A stretch of DNA of 64,000 nucleotides from a virus (IMGVR_UViG_3300034104_005002:97055-161054), one strand, 5' to 3'. Positions 1 to 9,298 are shown, numbered from the stretch's first letter. Notes: a model not told the origin generated them from the letters alone. Numbers and translations are program-made.

Positions 1-607
1 TATCATAACCAGAAAGATCAATTTTTAATTCTTCTTTTTTCCTAGAACGGCCCTTTATATTCCTTTCAATTTCATTAAAGGCAATAATTCCATTATATTC
101 TAGAATTTCTCCTTTACGAAGTTTATATATGGACTCCTCTGAAAGGTTGTTCTTTTCTAGAAACTCAAGAAATCCTGTTACAATTTCTTTACGTCCATCT
201 AGGTAAACGACTTCAAATTGTTTCGTTTTTCCCTTGGCCCGATTAATGTTTACGGCAAAGAGTTTATAGTCATTGTCTGAAACCCATTTTAGGTTCGTTG
301 GATGGCAATTATAAATGTTGTTGTCTTTATGAATGACTCTATTATAATTTCTTGGATTATCAATCAGGTAGGATGCAACAAGAGTATCTAAGTAGACTCT
401 CACCTTTTTACCCATGGTTGCGATAGTGACGTATAGTCGGTCCCTATCGTCTGCGGATTTTAAGGGTCTTGAGTACGTTAAATCGATGACCGCAGGAGTC
501 TGTCCGGTCTTTCTCCAGTTACTATGAATTGTTACAGGAACAGATGGATCATTCTCGTCATATGAGAAGTAGTAGCCATCGTGTTCTTTTATGCGAATTT
601 TGTTCAT
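1..607 (-). CDS. HNH homing endonuclease-like protein (runs off window start)
   Basis: Hand translation from ATG at 607: MNKIRIKEHDGYYFSY...LVASYLIDNPRNYNRVIHKDNNIYNCHPTNLKWVS; HNH_3-type motif; not in ORF track because the stop lies outside the window. Confidence 0.75.
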   Translation of the reverse strand, partial: MNKIRIKEHDGYYFSYDENDPSVPVTIHSNWRKTGQTPAVIDLTYSRPLKSADDRDRLYVTIATMGKKVRVYLDTLVASYLIDNPRNYNRVIHKDNNIYNCHPTNLKWVSDNDYKLFAVNINRAKGKTKQFEVVYLDGRKEIVTGFLEFLEKNNLSEESIYKLRKGEILEYNGIIAFNEIERNIKGRSRKKEELKIDLSGYD

Positions 608-767
608 GTCTATATAATATGGATTTACAAATCTCCTTCTTGCGGAAAGAGACCTGGACATTATAGCCCAGGTCTCTAGATTTGTCAAGTGTTTGTTGGA
701 TTTTTATGGGGAGTATTCGGTACTCTGATTGGTTTTATAAGTTAGAAATTTACTAAATAGTTAGAGG

Positions 768-1760
768 TTAGAGCACACGGATTTTTTCGTGTCCTACTCT
801 GATTCTTGGATCAACTAGAATATCGATACCCAATTTTTTTGCATCCAGGTTCATTGACACATCTTCGCCGCAATAGTCTTGTACGCCATTCTCAAACTTC
901 TGAAGTTTTGGACCCCACCAAGGATATTCCATATTCTCAAAAACACCCTTGGATACCATCATCCAACCACCACCGACATAATCAACAGAAAAAGGCTTCT
1001 TTCTCTTAGAAATACTTTCGGCGGTCTCATGATTCATAATACCCCCATTCTTCATAAAATCATCGGCCTCTAGCCAATGAGCAACAGAAGTAGTAAAACC
1101 GTTCTCGGTCATATAATAACCACTGACAATTGGATTGACATTCACCATAAGACGCCGAACCCGCTCTTTTCGTACATTAAAATCTGACTTGTGCATAGAT
1201 TCAAGTTCCTCATCAGAAACTTCCCATAGAGGATATTCTTCCTTATCAAATTCTTTTTCAGAAGGAACGTCCTTTACTGCAAGATCACACAATTGCCAGA
1301 ATTTTTCAGAATTAAAAACAATGTCATTATCGATCCATAATTGCCAATCATATTCTAGTTTTCCTTGCCAGGGTTCTTGCCAGGGACCACTTGTGACATT
1401 CGCGCCAAGAACCTTACATCTTGCAAAGTTCACCATAGAAGAATAATCCTGAGAAATTTGAATTCCCATTCCATTGTTCACTAGATCAAAACATAGTTGA
1501 ACAAAACTTTTTAGAAATGCATAAGAACAAGATCTTCCAGGAAGACAGAAAACGATTTTCTTACCCCTCATCTTGGCTTTTACTTTATTATAATATTCAT
1601 TAAGTTGTTGCTGGTATTGTTGTAGTTCTGGTAAGAACGACTCTTGTTTAGACGAATTTTTTTGAATTTCTTCAGAAAGTCTTTTGATATGATTTTCTAG
1701 ATCCTGAAAATCAAGATTATCTGATGTATTTTTTGATTTAACTGTGAAACCTCGTGGCAT
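768..1760 (-). CDS. conserved cyanophage glycosyltransferase-like (GT-A fold) protein
   Basis: MPRGFTVK start, IVFCLPG, WIDNDIVF (DxD), CGEDVS, RVGHEK motifs; late promoter ATAAATA just upstream. Confidence 0.75.
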   Translation of the reverse strand: MPRGFTVKSKNTSDNLDFQDLENHIKRLSEEIQKNSSKQESFLPELQQYQQQLNEYYNKVKAKMRGKKIVFCLPGRSCSYAFLKSFVQLCFDLVNNGMGIQISQDYSSMVNFARCKVLGANVTSGPWQEPWQGKLEYDWQLWIDNDIVFNSEKFWQLCDLAVKDVPSEKEFDKEEYPLWEVSDEELESMHKSDFNVRKERVRRLMVNVNPIVSGYYMTENGFTTSVAHWLEADDFMKNGGIMNHETAESISKRKKPFSVDYVGGGWMMVSKGVFENMEYPWWGPKLQKFENGVQDYCGEDVSMNLDAKKLGIDILVDPRIRVGHEKIRVL

Positions 1761-1813
1761 TTTAATATTCTCCTAATAATTAAGTTAAATTCGCGTCATT
1801 TTTATGAGCCGAC

Positions 1814-1820
1814 TATTTAT
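1814..1820 (-). promoter_or_regulatory. T4-type late promoter (ATAAATA)
   Basis: tatttat on + strand about 55 nt upstream of the 1760 start. Confidence 0.6.
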
Positions 1821-2097
1821 GACGATTTTTACCCGGCGGAAATTTTTTGGTTTATGGGAAACAAAAAGTGAATTTTGATTTGACCTTTTTATGTAATTTT
1901 ACCCGGCCGGGATTTTTTTATAAGACGTAAATTGGTTCGGGTTTTTGGTGGAAAATGGGGGTTTTATGTAATTATGGGATAATGGGGGTGGATTTGGGGT
2001 TTTATTTTAAAAGGCTTTGATTTTTATGGTTAGGCCCAGGCCGCGATCATAACACACCCCGCCCATACTGTCAACTGCTCGTAATAAACTGTAATAA

Positions 2098-2136
2098 TAT
2101 CACGAACCCACGAAGATTAGGGGTGAGTTCGTGATA
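2098..2136. terminator. hairpin terminator
   Basis: TATCACGAAC...GTTCGTGATA inverted repeat directly after the stop of ORF 2146-2388. Confidence 0.55.
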
Positions 2137-2145
2137 CTAACTGTG

Positions 2146-2388
2146 TCAGACTCGATGACGCAAACCAGCAGGCAATTGTCGGTTCCTACGTGTTAGCTCC
2201 ATCCCATAAGTACAGGCCTGGTCGATGTAGTAACCTTCCCTTACATTATTCCAGCCCTTCATATTGCGGGCCGCAGATTGACAGTCTTTGATAACATGAA
2301 CCAGACTGTAACAATCTAACACTTTAGCATGATCTTCCCACCGTTGGAAGTCTGCTGGAGTGGCGTATTCTGTGGCCATTGTTAACAC
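2146..2388 (-). CDS. hypothetical early protein
   Basis: ORF track; same strand as neighbours. Confidence 0.6.
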   Translation of the reverse strand: MLTMATEYATPADFQRWEDHAKVLDCYSLVHVIKDCQSAARNMKGWNNVREGYYIDQACTYGMELTRRNRQLPAGLRHRV

Positions 2389-2450
2389 TGGGAGATAGGA
2401 GGTTTGAGAGAATTAGGGGAGAGACTGTGCCCTCCCCTGATGTACCTAAC

Positions 2451-2897
2451 TCAGATAATTTCGCTCACGATCTCATCACCGCCAAGCGTACATGGCTCGC
2501 CATCGATATAATCAACCGGCTGAAATGATGGGCATACGCTCCATGTTTCCGTCTCAATAAAGTGGTTCAGAGCAAATTGGGCAAACAATTTTGCGCCACT
2601 GTTTTTATAAAACTGCCCCATGCAATAATGCAACTTATTGGTATCAATCCGGTTAGGATAAACCATAACAACCTCACAGAAAAGCAAGCCCTGTTGCCTA
2701 CCCTCACCGATGCGGAATGATACCTCAAACTTGTATCCACCAACAGCGTAGAAGTGTACACAATCGGTGTAGATTCCACCGATGTCATCATCAGCAGGCG
2801 GCCACGTAGAGTAGGCTTCCCAGTTGAGAGTGTAACGGTTGAGAGTGGCGGTTGTCATCGGATCGGCTCCGGTTGTTTGACCCTTTAATAATCCCAC
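2451..2897 (-). CDS. hypothetical early protein (start probably at MTTATL)
   Basis: ORF track; promoter upstream. Confidence 0.6.
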   Translation of the reverse strand: MGLLKGQTTGADPMTTATLNRYTLNWEAYSTWPPADDDIGGIYTDCVHFYAVGGYKFEVSFRIGEGRQQGLLFCEVVMVYPNRIDTNKLHYCMGQFYKNSGAKLFAQFALNHFIETETWSVCPSFQPVDYIDGEPCTLGGDEIVSEII

Positions 2898-2915
2898 GTT
2901 TCGGCTCGCCGTTCT

Positions 2916-3014
2916 GTATCAACCGCTACCGTTTCCATGATTCGACTGATAAGATACGCTGATGGCCGTTTGGTATCACCCGATACAGTGGCCTGGCCTG
3001 ATCTGTCCTAGTAT
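2916..3014. promoter_or_regulatory. divergent NtcA-type promoters
   Basis: GTA-N8-TAC at 2916-2929 and 2973-2986; the second is followed by exactly N22-TAGTAT (3009-3014), the canonical NtcA class II layout. Confidence 0.65.
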
Positions 3015-3019
3015 TGTTT

Positions 3020-3140
3020 CAACAAAATAAAAAGAGCGGGGGCGCCGCAATGATATAAAACAAGACACTTAATCTGCCATAAAATAATAAAGTATAAAGA
3101 ACAAATAAAGACCCCAGAGTATAAAGAACTCTAGGGCCAC
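3020..3140 (+). repeat. dispersed non-coding element copy 1 (putative sRNA)
   Basis: GCGG-loop-CCGC + AATGATATAAAACAAGACACTTAATCTGC + downstream hairpin. Confidence 0.7.
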
Positions 3141-3154
3141 TGATTGTTATTAAC

Positions 3155-3556
3155 TCATGCGGGCAAACTATAAGCAATCATCTCATTTGTGCCCTTGGGC
3201 TGTAAACGAATCACCCCATCTTTGACAGTTCGATTACATTTAACATTGGTAAGTTGAGTCAGTTCCCGCACTTTACGGGCAATACTCTGGTGGTTTTTAG
3301 TAGTCGTAGTGAACGAATATCCCCACACGGGCTGTAGTCCGGCTGGGGTAATCTCGGCCACGTCTATTTTAATGCGGAACATTTCACCTTTGGCAATGAG
3401 AACATTCTCATAATACTCGGTAAATTGTAGCCGCTCGCTGCCATCCTTGCGGGTTCCAATATAACCAGCAGAGCGAACAATGATAGCATTGCTGACACCA
3501 GCAGCACGGCAGGCCTCACGGTGGGCCAGGAGAGCGGTTCCGGTGAGTTTGATCAT
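3155..3556 (-). CDS. protein with cyanobacterial AbrB (cyAbrB)-like N-terminal domain
   Basis: LTGTALLA...RSAGYI...ERLQFTEYYENVLIAKG resembles the cyAbrB N-terminus (LTGxxLL...CGY...TxFYxAxLxAKG); C-terminus unrelated. Confidence 0.6.
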   Translation of the reverse strand: MIKLTGTALLAHREACRAAGVSNAIIVRSAGYIGTRKDGSERLQFTEYYENVLIAKGEMFRIKIDVAEITPAGLQPVWGYSFTTTTKNHQSIARKVRELTQLTNVKCNRTVKDGVIRLQPKGTNEMIAYSLPA

Positions 3557-3667
3557 GGGTTGTTCCCTTGACTGCTCCCATAGTGTAGCAGCTCTAGAGG
3601 CTAGTGGCGAGGTTTTAACGATTAGCGGTGCTTATGGGTCTGATAAAATATGTTTATGAATAAAACC

Positions 3668-3696
3668 TTGACTTTATGGGTCACTGCTGCTATACT
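3668..3696 (+). promoter_or_regulatory. sigma70-type promoter driving repeat copy 2
   Basis: TTGACT-N17-TATACT. Confidence 0.7.
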
Positions 3697-3699
3697 ATA

Positions 3700-3815
3700 A
3701 ACAACAAAAGAAAACAAAACGCAAAAGCGTGATAATATAAAACGGGACACTTATCCTGCACTTTTTTATTATTATAAAAAACAAAAAAAAACCTGGAAGT
3801 ATAAAACCTCCAGGT
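3700..3815 (+). repeat. dispersed non-coding element copy 2
   Basis: ACGC-AAAA-GCGT + GATAATATAAAACGGGACACTTATCCTGCA + ACCTGGA...TCCAGGT hairpin. Confidence 0.75.
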
Positions 3816-3827
3816 GGTTGATTATAA

Positions 3828-4145
3828 TCAGCAGGTTGGATGTTTCTTATTCTCCCACCGATCATAATGCGCGTCGATTACTTCCTGCAACGGTTCGTAA
3901 TCAGTATAATCGGCGGCGATTACACCGGGTTCATTACCCAGAACCAGGAAGATTGCCACCTTTTTATTGTTATGTTGAAGCCGCAATGTGGATTCGTCTG
4001 TAGCCACAGTTTCCTCCAAGAACTCAGTCTTGGATACATCCGAATATCGAATATTTTCCTCTCCATTGTTTACACTCAAAGGTGTAAATCCGGCCCGTTT
4101 GAGGGACTTAAGCAGGGAGCGGACTTCAGGGTGGTAGTCGTTCAT
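3828..4145 (-). CDS. hypothetical early protein
   Basis: ORF track. Confidence 0.65.
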   Translation of the reverse strand: MNDYHPEVRSLLKSLKRAGFTPLSVNNGEENIRYSDVSKTEFLEETVATDESTLRLQHNNKKVAIFLVLGNEPGVIAADYTDYEPLQEVIDAHYDRWENKKHPTC

Positions 4146-4235
4146 GGGGTGAATCCCTTTGACCCTTTAAGTATTGCAGACCCAGGCCGATCCGTCAAGA
4201 CCCCAAACGATCAGAAATGCTTATGGGTCCAGGGC

Positions 4236-4264
4236 TTGACAATACTGGAAAAGTGTTTTATACT
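4236..4264 (+). promoter_or_regulatory. sigma70-type promoter driving repeat copy 3
   Basis: TTGACA-N17-TATACT. Confidence 0.75.
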
Positions 4265-4267
4265 ATA

Positions 4268-4392
4268 AACAACAAAAGAAAACAAGCGGAGGACCGCAAT
4301 AACATAAAACGAGACACTTATCCTTCTTTTTTATACTATTTTTTATACTAAACAAAAGTGACCCGTAAGTATAAAGAACTCGCGGGTCACTG
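4268..4392 (+). repeat. dispersed non-coding element copy 3
   Basis: GCGG-AGGA-CCGC + AATAACATAAAACGAGACACTTATCCT + GTGACCCG...CGGGTCAC hairpin. Confidence 0.75.
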
Positions 4393-4874
4393 TTTTTTAT
4401 ACTACTTCAGTTAGTATAATTTCCTTTGCGTACCAAAGTTGAACCAATGCATCATCCAATTCTTTAATCTTAGAATCAAAAGTAGCATCTTTAGTGATAG
4501 ACGCGCACCGGATCAATTCTCTACGGCGATCAAGTAAAGCCATGCGAATACAATAACCGCTAAGTGTGACAGACATAACTATAAAGAATGAAGGAAAGTT
4601 GGTAAATTAACTAGATCAAGGTGAGAAATTCTTTTTCGTCATATCCCCCAGAATCCATAGCGTCTTCCAGTTCTGTAACTAGCCCGTCAAAATCTTCACT
4701 AGGGGCAAGATGTTGGTCAGAACATCAACTAGGCTACCATATTCTTCGCGCAAATTATCAAGATACTCCCCACGATTAGCAAAACCGTTGTTCTGATAGG
4801 GGCAAGACATGAGAGGCGTTCCCTTGGTTGACTAGTCAACTGTAACCCATAAAAACCAGACGATCACCGTACCT

Positions 4875-4898
4875 TGTGCCACTTAAACAACTGGCACA
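4875..4898. promoter_or_regulatory. palindromic early-promoter element (example of about 30 copies)
   Basis: TGTGCCACTTAAACAACTGGCACA; recurs upstream of most minus-strand cassettes, about 30 nt before a -10 box. Confidence 0.75.
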
Positions 4899-4908
4899 AT
4901 TAAAATAA

Positions 4909-5292
4909 TTATCCTTGGAAGTTAGGAACACTAAAACCAAACTCAAACTTGAAAACTATAATGTTAAGAACATCGAAAATCTCTCTTAGTTTTTCCTTGG
5001 CCAATGGGTGCTCTAAAGCATATTTTTCACAAGGATAAAGATCATCTTCGTCTAGCTCTAAAAGATCCTCATTAACATCTGGAATCTCGTCAGACTCATG
5101 GAAACTCAGATCATATTTCTCATTACAAAAGAATATCTTACCCATACCTACCACAAAAGTTAGATCATTCTCTTTACAGAATGGAACAACAGTTGATTCA
5201 AAGTATTGTTCTGCAATTGCATCAATTTCCTTATAAGCCCTATTTTCAATCTCCTCAAGTTGTTTGGCTATTTTGTCAGAGATAGTGGCCAT
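4909..5292 (-). CDS. hypothetical acidic protein
   Basis: ORF track; palindrome promoter upstream. Confidence 0.65.
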   Translation of the reverse strand: MATISDKIAKQLEEIENRAYKEIDAIAEQYFESTVVPFCKENDLTFVVGMGKIFFCNEKYDLSFHESDEIPDVNEDLLELDEDDLYPCEKYALEHPLAKEKLREIFDVLNIIVFKFEFGFSVPNFQG

Positions 5293-5417
5293 TGGAGAAT
5301 TGTCTGGTTGACTGGATTAGTATAAGGGAGATAATGGGTTGGTGGTCAGGGCCTTGTGACACTTATGGAACTGGCACACCATCAGTCACGATTAAGGTTT
5401 TTATGGATTATACTATA

Positions 5418-5532
5418 AACAACAAAAGAAAACAAGCGGAGGACCGCAATAACATAAAACGAGACACTTATCCTGCACTTTTTTATTATTATAAAAAACA
5501 ACAAAAAAGAGTCAGAATTAACTAACTCTTTT
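5418..5532 (+). repeat. dispersed non-coding element copy 4
   Basis: about 65 nt identical to copy 3; TATACT at 5409-5414. Confidence 0.75.
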
Positions 5533-5542
5533 ATACGAATTA

Positions 5543-5794
5543 TCAATAATTCAATACCTCATTAGCATTATCTTCGGCCTCTTCAGTTGTAACAAATGGG
5601 CCAAAAAACTCAGAATTAGGAATACAACCAGGAGAACAAACTGCCCAATAGTAACCTGGTTCATACAAATTATCACCAGAAGTTTCACGCAATCCTTCGG
5701 CTTCATTATGTTGATCACAATCGGATTGTGAAAACCAAGTGATCCAAACCGGGGTGGACCCTTCGTTATCAGTGTGTTGGATGGTGGTTTGCAT
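5543..5794 (-). CDS. hypothetical protein
   Basis: ORF track; palindrome promoter upstream. Confidence 0.6.
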   Translation of the reverse strand: MQTTIQHTDNEGSTPVWITWFSQSDCDQHNEAEGLRETSGDNLYEPGYYWAVCSPGCIPNSEFFGPFVTTEEAEDNANEVLNY

Positions 5795-5880
5795 GGTCGT
5801 GTCCGGTTGACTTGCTTAGTATAGGGTGAGAAGGGGACCATAAACAGTCCCCTTGTGCCAGTTGTTGAACTGTCTATTGT

Positions 5881-6591
5881 TTAATAATCCCAGCCGTTTT
5901 CGTCTTTTATGTATACATTACATGACGAAAAATCGACACATAAAGTAGCAGTTTGTCCCTCAATTGCATCACTAAGGAAATTATCCGCTGCCTTACGAAT
6001 AGATGTAAACAAATGATCATAAGAATACATATTAGAAAATCTTTTCTTAAACATCTGATAACCCTTACAGATCCATCCAACGATGGAATCAATATCATAA
6101 TCGGCCAATTCTTCTTCACCATATTCACCATCAGACCATTCATCCAGGGCCTCAATTATACCTTCTCTTACGTTTTTCCTGAGTTTATCCATAATCCACT
6201 GATCCTGCAGATACGAATTACACTTATCAATTTTTGTAAAATCATAATCATCACCATTTAATGAGGCAGTGAGTAGAGACTGAATATCACTACTTACATC
6301 ATCAATCGAGGCTGATCTATAACCTCTAGAATTATATCCACACGCAACTCTCCCGGCAATATAACCGCCAATCGCCATAAGCTCATCAGTATAACCACAA
6401 GAGTGTGGCTTTACAGTATGTTCTAGAATGTCATGGGCAACAACTAGCCCATCCAATCCTGGCTCAAAATAATTACGACCAGTATCTACAACTATACCTA
6501 GTCCACCGTATTCTTCATGCTCTTTAATAACCAGAGAATACTTTTTCATGGGAGGAATCCCAGCGACTTCTAAAGAATAAACCACCACCAC
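5881..6591 (-). CDS. hypothetical protein with HDxxEH motif
   Basis: VVAHDILEH...DELMAIG; start probably at MKKYSL. Confidence 0.6.
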   Translation of the reverse strand: MVVVYSLEVAGIPPMKKYSLVIKEHEEYGGLGIVVDTGRNYFEPGLDGLVVAHDILEHTVKPHSCGYTDELMAIGGYIAGRVACGYNSRGYRSASIDDVSSDIQSLLTASLNGDDYDFTKIDKCNSYLQDQWIMDKLRKNVREGIIEALDEWSDGEYGEEELADYDIDSIVGWICKGYQMFKKRFSNMYSYDHLFTSIRKAADNFLSDAIEGQTATLCVDFSSCNVYIKDENGWDY

Positions 6592-6696
6592 CGATAAGTC
6601 AAGACCTTTACTGATAAGATTATCTGATTGGACCCATAAGCAGGAATGATCACCAGAGGCCCCCAGGAGCCCGCCAGAGGCGTTATAATGGTCTTA

Positions 6697-6797
6697 AGAC
6701 AACCACACAAGCGCAAGGGCGTTATTACATAAAACTAGAAACTACTCCTGCAATTTTTTATTATTATAAAAAGAAAAGAGAGAATAAATCTCTCCTT
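6697..6797 (+). repeat. dispersed non-coding element copy 5
   Basis: GCGC-AAGG-GCGT + TATTACATAAAACTAGAAACTACTCCTGCA; TATAAT upstream. Confidence 0.7.
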
Positions 6798-6936
6798 TAT
6801 ATTTTTAGACGCGCCCAACGTAATGCTGAACGCCAGATTCCAAAGTTAATTTAACCGCCAGCTCCCAGGCCTCGTTTATATCCTGGGGAGCACGAAACAA
6901 CTCCCACTGATTAGCACGGTAAATGATAATCATAAT

Positions 6937-7251
6937 TCAGGCAGCCAGAATAAGGTTTGCAACTATTTTTTCACCAGGCAATTCTTGGAGTTTATTATAA
7001 ACAGCCTCGAATTGTTGAACCATGTTCAGATAATAAGCCGACAGATGTGGGCTATTATCATAAACTGCCTGCTCTTCATCACACAAGACTGAAATAATGT
7101 CCAGGATTTCACCAGAGGTTAGAGTGATTTGAGTCATGGGAAACAGGAGTTGTAGAGATTTTAGTGGTGGGTTTTCATCACACGTTACGTTGGTGATGAC
7201 CCTTTTATTGTAAAGGGAGAGAATGGATGATTGGTCAGGACCTTGTGCCAC
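6937..7251 (-). CDS. hypothetical protein (start probably at MTQITL)
   Basis: ORF track. Confidence 0.55.
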   Translation of the reverse strand: MAQGPDQSSILSLYNKRVITNVTCDENPPLKSLQLLFPMTQITLTSGEILDIISVLCDEEQAVYDNSPHLSAYYLNMVQQFEAVYNKLQELPGEKIVANLILAA

Positions 7252-7639
7252 TTAAACAACTGGCACACCATCAACCACGGTCCAGGTTTTTATAGTTTAT
7301 ACTATAAACAACGCAGGGGCGTGATTACATAAAACGAGAAACTACTCCTGCACTTTTATATTATTATAAAAAACGGGAGAGATTTATTCTCTCCTTTATA
7401 CTTCAGATCCTCCCTACACAAACTGGATTTTGTGAGTTTAGATCGAGCATAAGAATAAATCTATACATCGTCGTTGACATACAAACAAACAGAAAAGCTC
7501 CCATGACTAAACAAACAAAAATGGTACGAATGGTTGAAAAATTAATTTGTCCCATGGTGTTTTTGTGTTGACCCTTTTATTGTAAAGGGAGAGAATGGAT
7601 GATTGGTCAGGACCTTGTGCCACTTAAACAACTGGCACA
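7198..7639. repeat. about 70-bp direct duplication of a promoter cassette (7198-7268 and about 7569-7639)
   Basis: GACCCTTTTATTGTAAAGGGAGAGAATGGATGATTGGTCAGGACCTTGTGCCACTTAAACAACTGGCACAC twice. Confidence 0.85.
7307..7397 (+). repeat. dispersed non-coding element copy 6
   Basis: ACGC-AGGG-GCGT + GATTACATAAAACGAGAAACTACTCCTGCA. Confidence 0.7.
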
Positions 7640-7820
7640 CTCCGTAACTTGATTTGATTGCAATAGATTCATTTTAATAAGAGCCGCATCAAATGCAGAT
7701 GTAATTAAAACGAAAATAACCGAAAAAACAAAAATAACACAAAAGTCCTTAAAAGTAATTGGTCCCATGGTGTTTTTGTGTTGACTGGTTTATTATAAGA
7801 TGTGGTGAAATTGGTTTTTA

Positions 7821-8030
7821 TTAAATATCCTGAAACCCCCTACCACTAACAAGAGCTATCTGGTCAGCATCTTCCGAAACAAGAAAAATCTGGGAACTGC
7901 CAATAATGTCTATACGAGTGCGTCGAGGATAATCATCATGTTCGGCTATTTGCTGAATAAAGAGTATTTTATTTGGATCTAGGTAAACTGGCTCACGAGT
8001 TTGCCAATCGGTTAATTTAAGAAATTCCAT
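7821..8030 (-). CDS. small hypothetical protein
   Basis: ORF track. Confidence 0.55.
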   Translation of the reverse strand: MEFLKLTDWQTREPVYLDPNKILFIQQIAEHDDYPRRTRIDIIGSSQIFLVSEDADQIALVSGRGFQDI

Positions 8031-8189
8031 TGACGATAATGGTGTAATGACTAGCTTATTATAAGGGAGATAATGCGTGACTGGTCAGGGCCTTGTGACA
8101 CTTAAACAACTGGCACACTTATGCCCTTCTCCGCGTTACTAGCAACTAGAATAAACTCAGTCGATAGGAGACACCCACCCGCTCAAAAT

Positions 8190-8293
8190 TAAATCAGCGA
8201 AGGGTCGCAATGATATAAAACTGGACACTTATCCTGCCATATTATATTTTTATAAAGAATAGAAAAAAATCCAGAGTATAAACACCCTGGATT
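8190..8293 (+). repeat. dispersed non-coding element copy 7
   Basis: GCGA-AGGG-TCGC + AATGATATAAAACTGGACACTTATCCTGC + AATCCAG...CTGGATT hairpin. Confidence 0.7.
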
Positions 8294-8304
8294 AGATTTT
8301 TATG

Positions 8305-8667
8305 TCATTCTTTCAGATGACAAATATCAGCATGATTGAACTTCTTAATCATAAGAAAACTGATACGAATTGGTTGCTCTGCAAGATAAAACCACACTCC
8401 AGTTTCATCAATTCCAATTTCACCATCAACCGATGATAGGTCTACACAATCACCTCCATCATTATCAGCAATGTATGGGGAATCATCCATATCATAACCA
8501 ACAAAGTAAAGAGTATCATTCAAGACTACAGCATAGGCCTCTGCCAAAAGATTATGGAAAGTATCAAGAGAAATTGTTGCCATTTGTGTCTGGTGTGGTT
8601 GACTCATACAGTGTAACCCATAAGAACCGGTCCCAGTGGACAGTTCATAAAGTGACACATACAACAA
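8305..8667 (-). CDS. hypothetical protein (start probably at MATISL)
   Basis: ORF track. Confidence 0.55.
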   Translation of the reverse strand: MLYVSLYELSTGTGSYGLHCMSQPHQTQMATISLDTFHNLLAEAYAVVLNDTLYFVGYDMDDSPYIADNDGGDCVDLSSVDGEIGIDETGVWFYLAEQPIRISFLMIKKFNHADICHLKE

Positions 8668-8993
8668 ATACCCCTAAAGATTTTTGGATTTTTTATCCAA
8701 ACTGGGGCAAACCTAGTATTTTATTGTATAATACACGATGTTCGACTTTCTTATAAACTTTAATACTTTATCCCGTAGGAGTATGTAAGAGGTTTATAAT
8801 AAAGAGAGAACAATTGTCTTTTGTTTAGAACAGTGACCGAATCAATGATTCCTGGGTGTTCATTATAAAAAACAATTCTTATCACAATTATATTTAGCAT
8901 CTTTATGTGGTGGACAGTTGCGAAAGTGTCTGTTTTTTATGATCTTTTCTGTTTTTTATGATATAATTGTGGGTTGTGTATTTTATGCAGGCC

Positions 8994-9220
8994 AATACTA
9001 CTACATAAAAAAGACTAAATTATAAATTATAAAATATAAAATATAAAATATAAAATAATACAGATATACTACTACATAAAAAAGACTAAATTATAAAATA
9101 TAAAATAATATAGACATAAAAACAAAATAATACAGATATACTACTACATAAAAACAAAATAATACAGATATACTACGAAATAATACAAATAGTACAAATA
9201 TATTATACACGAATACTAAA
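8994..9220. repeat. extremely AT-rich, A-skewed tandem repeats (candidate origin / unwinding element)
   Basis: ATACTACTACATAAAAA x3, AAAATAATACAGATATAC x3, (TATAAAA)n. Confidence 0.7.
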
Positions 9221-9298
9221 AAATTGCCGTAAGGACGTATATTCGCCCAAATTTTAGACTGCCATAAAAATAAATAACTAGGTTAAGGAATTATAACA

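Noticed and set aside
3020-8293. CRISPR array or integron attC interpretation of the dispersed repeats
   Set aside because: Spacing is 0.5-1.3 kb with whole genes between, no cas or integrase, no GTTRRRY/RYYYAAC ends
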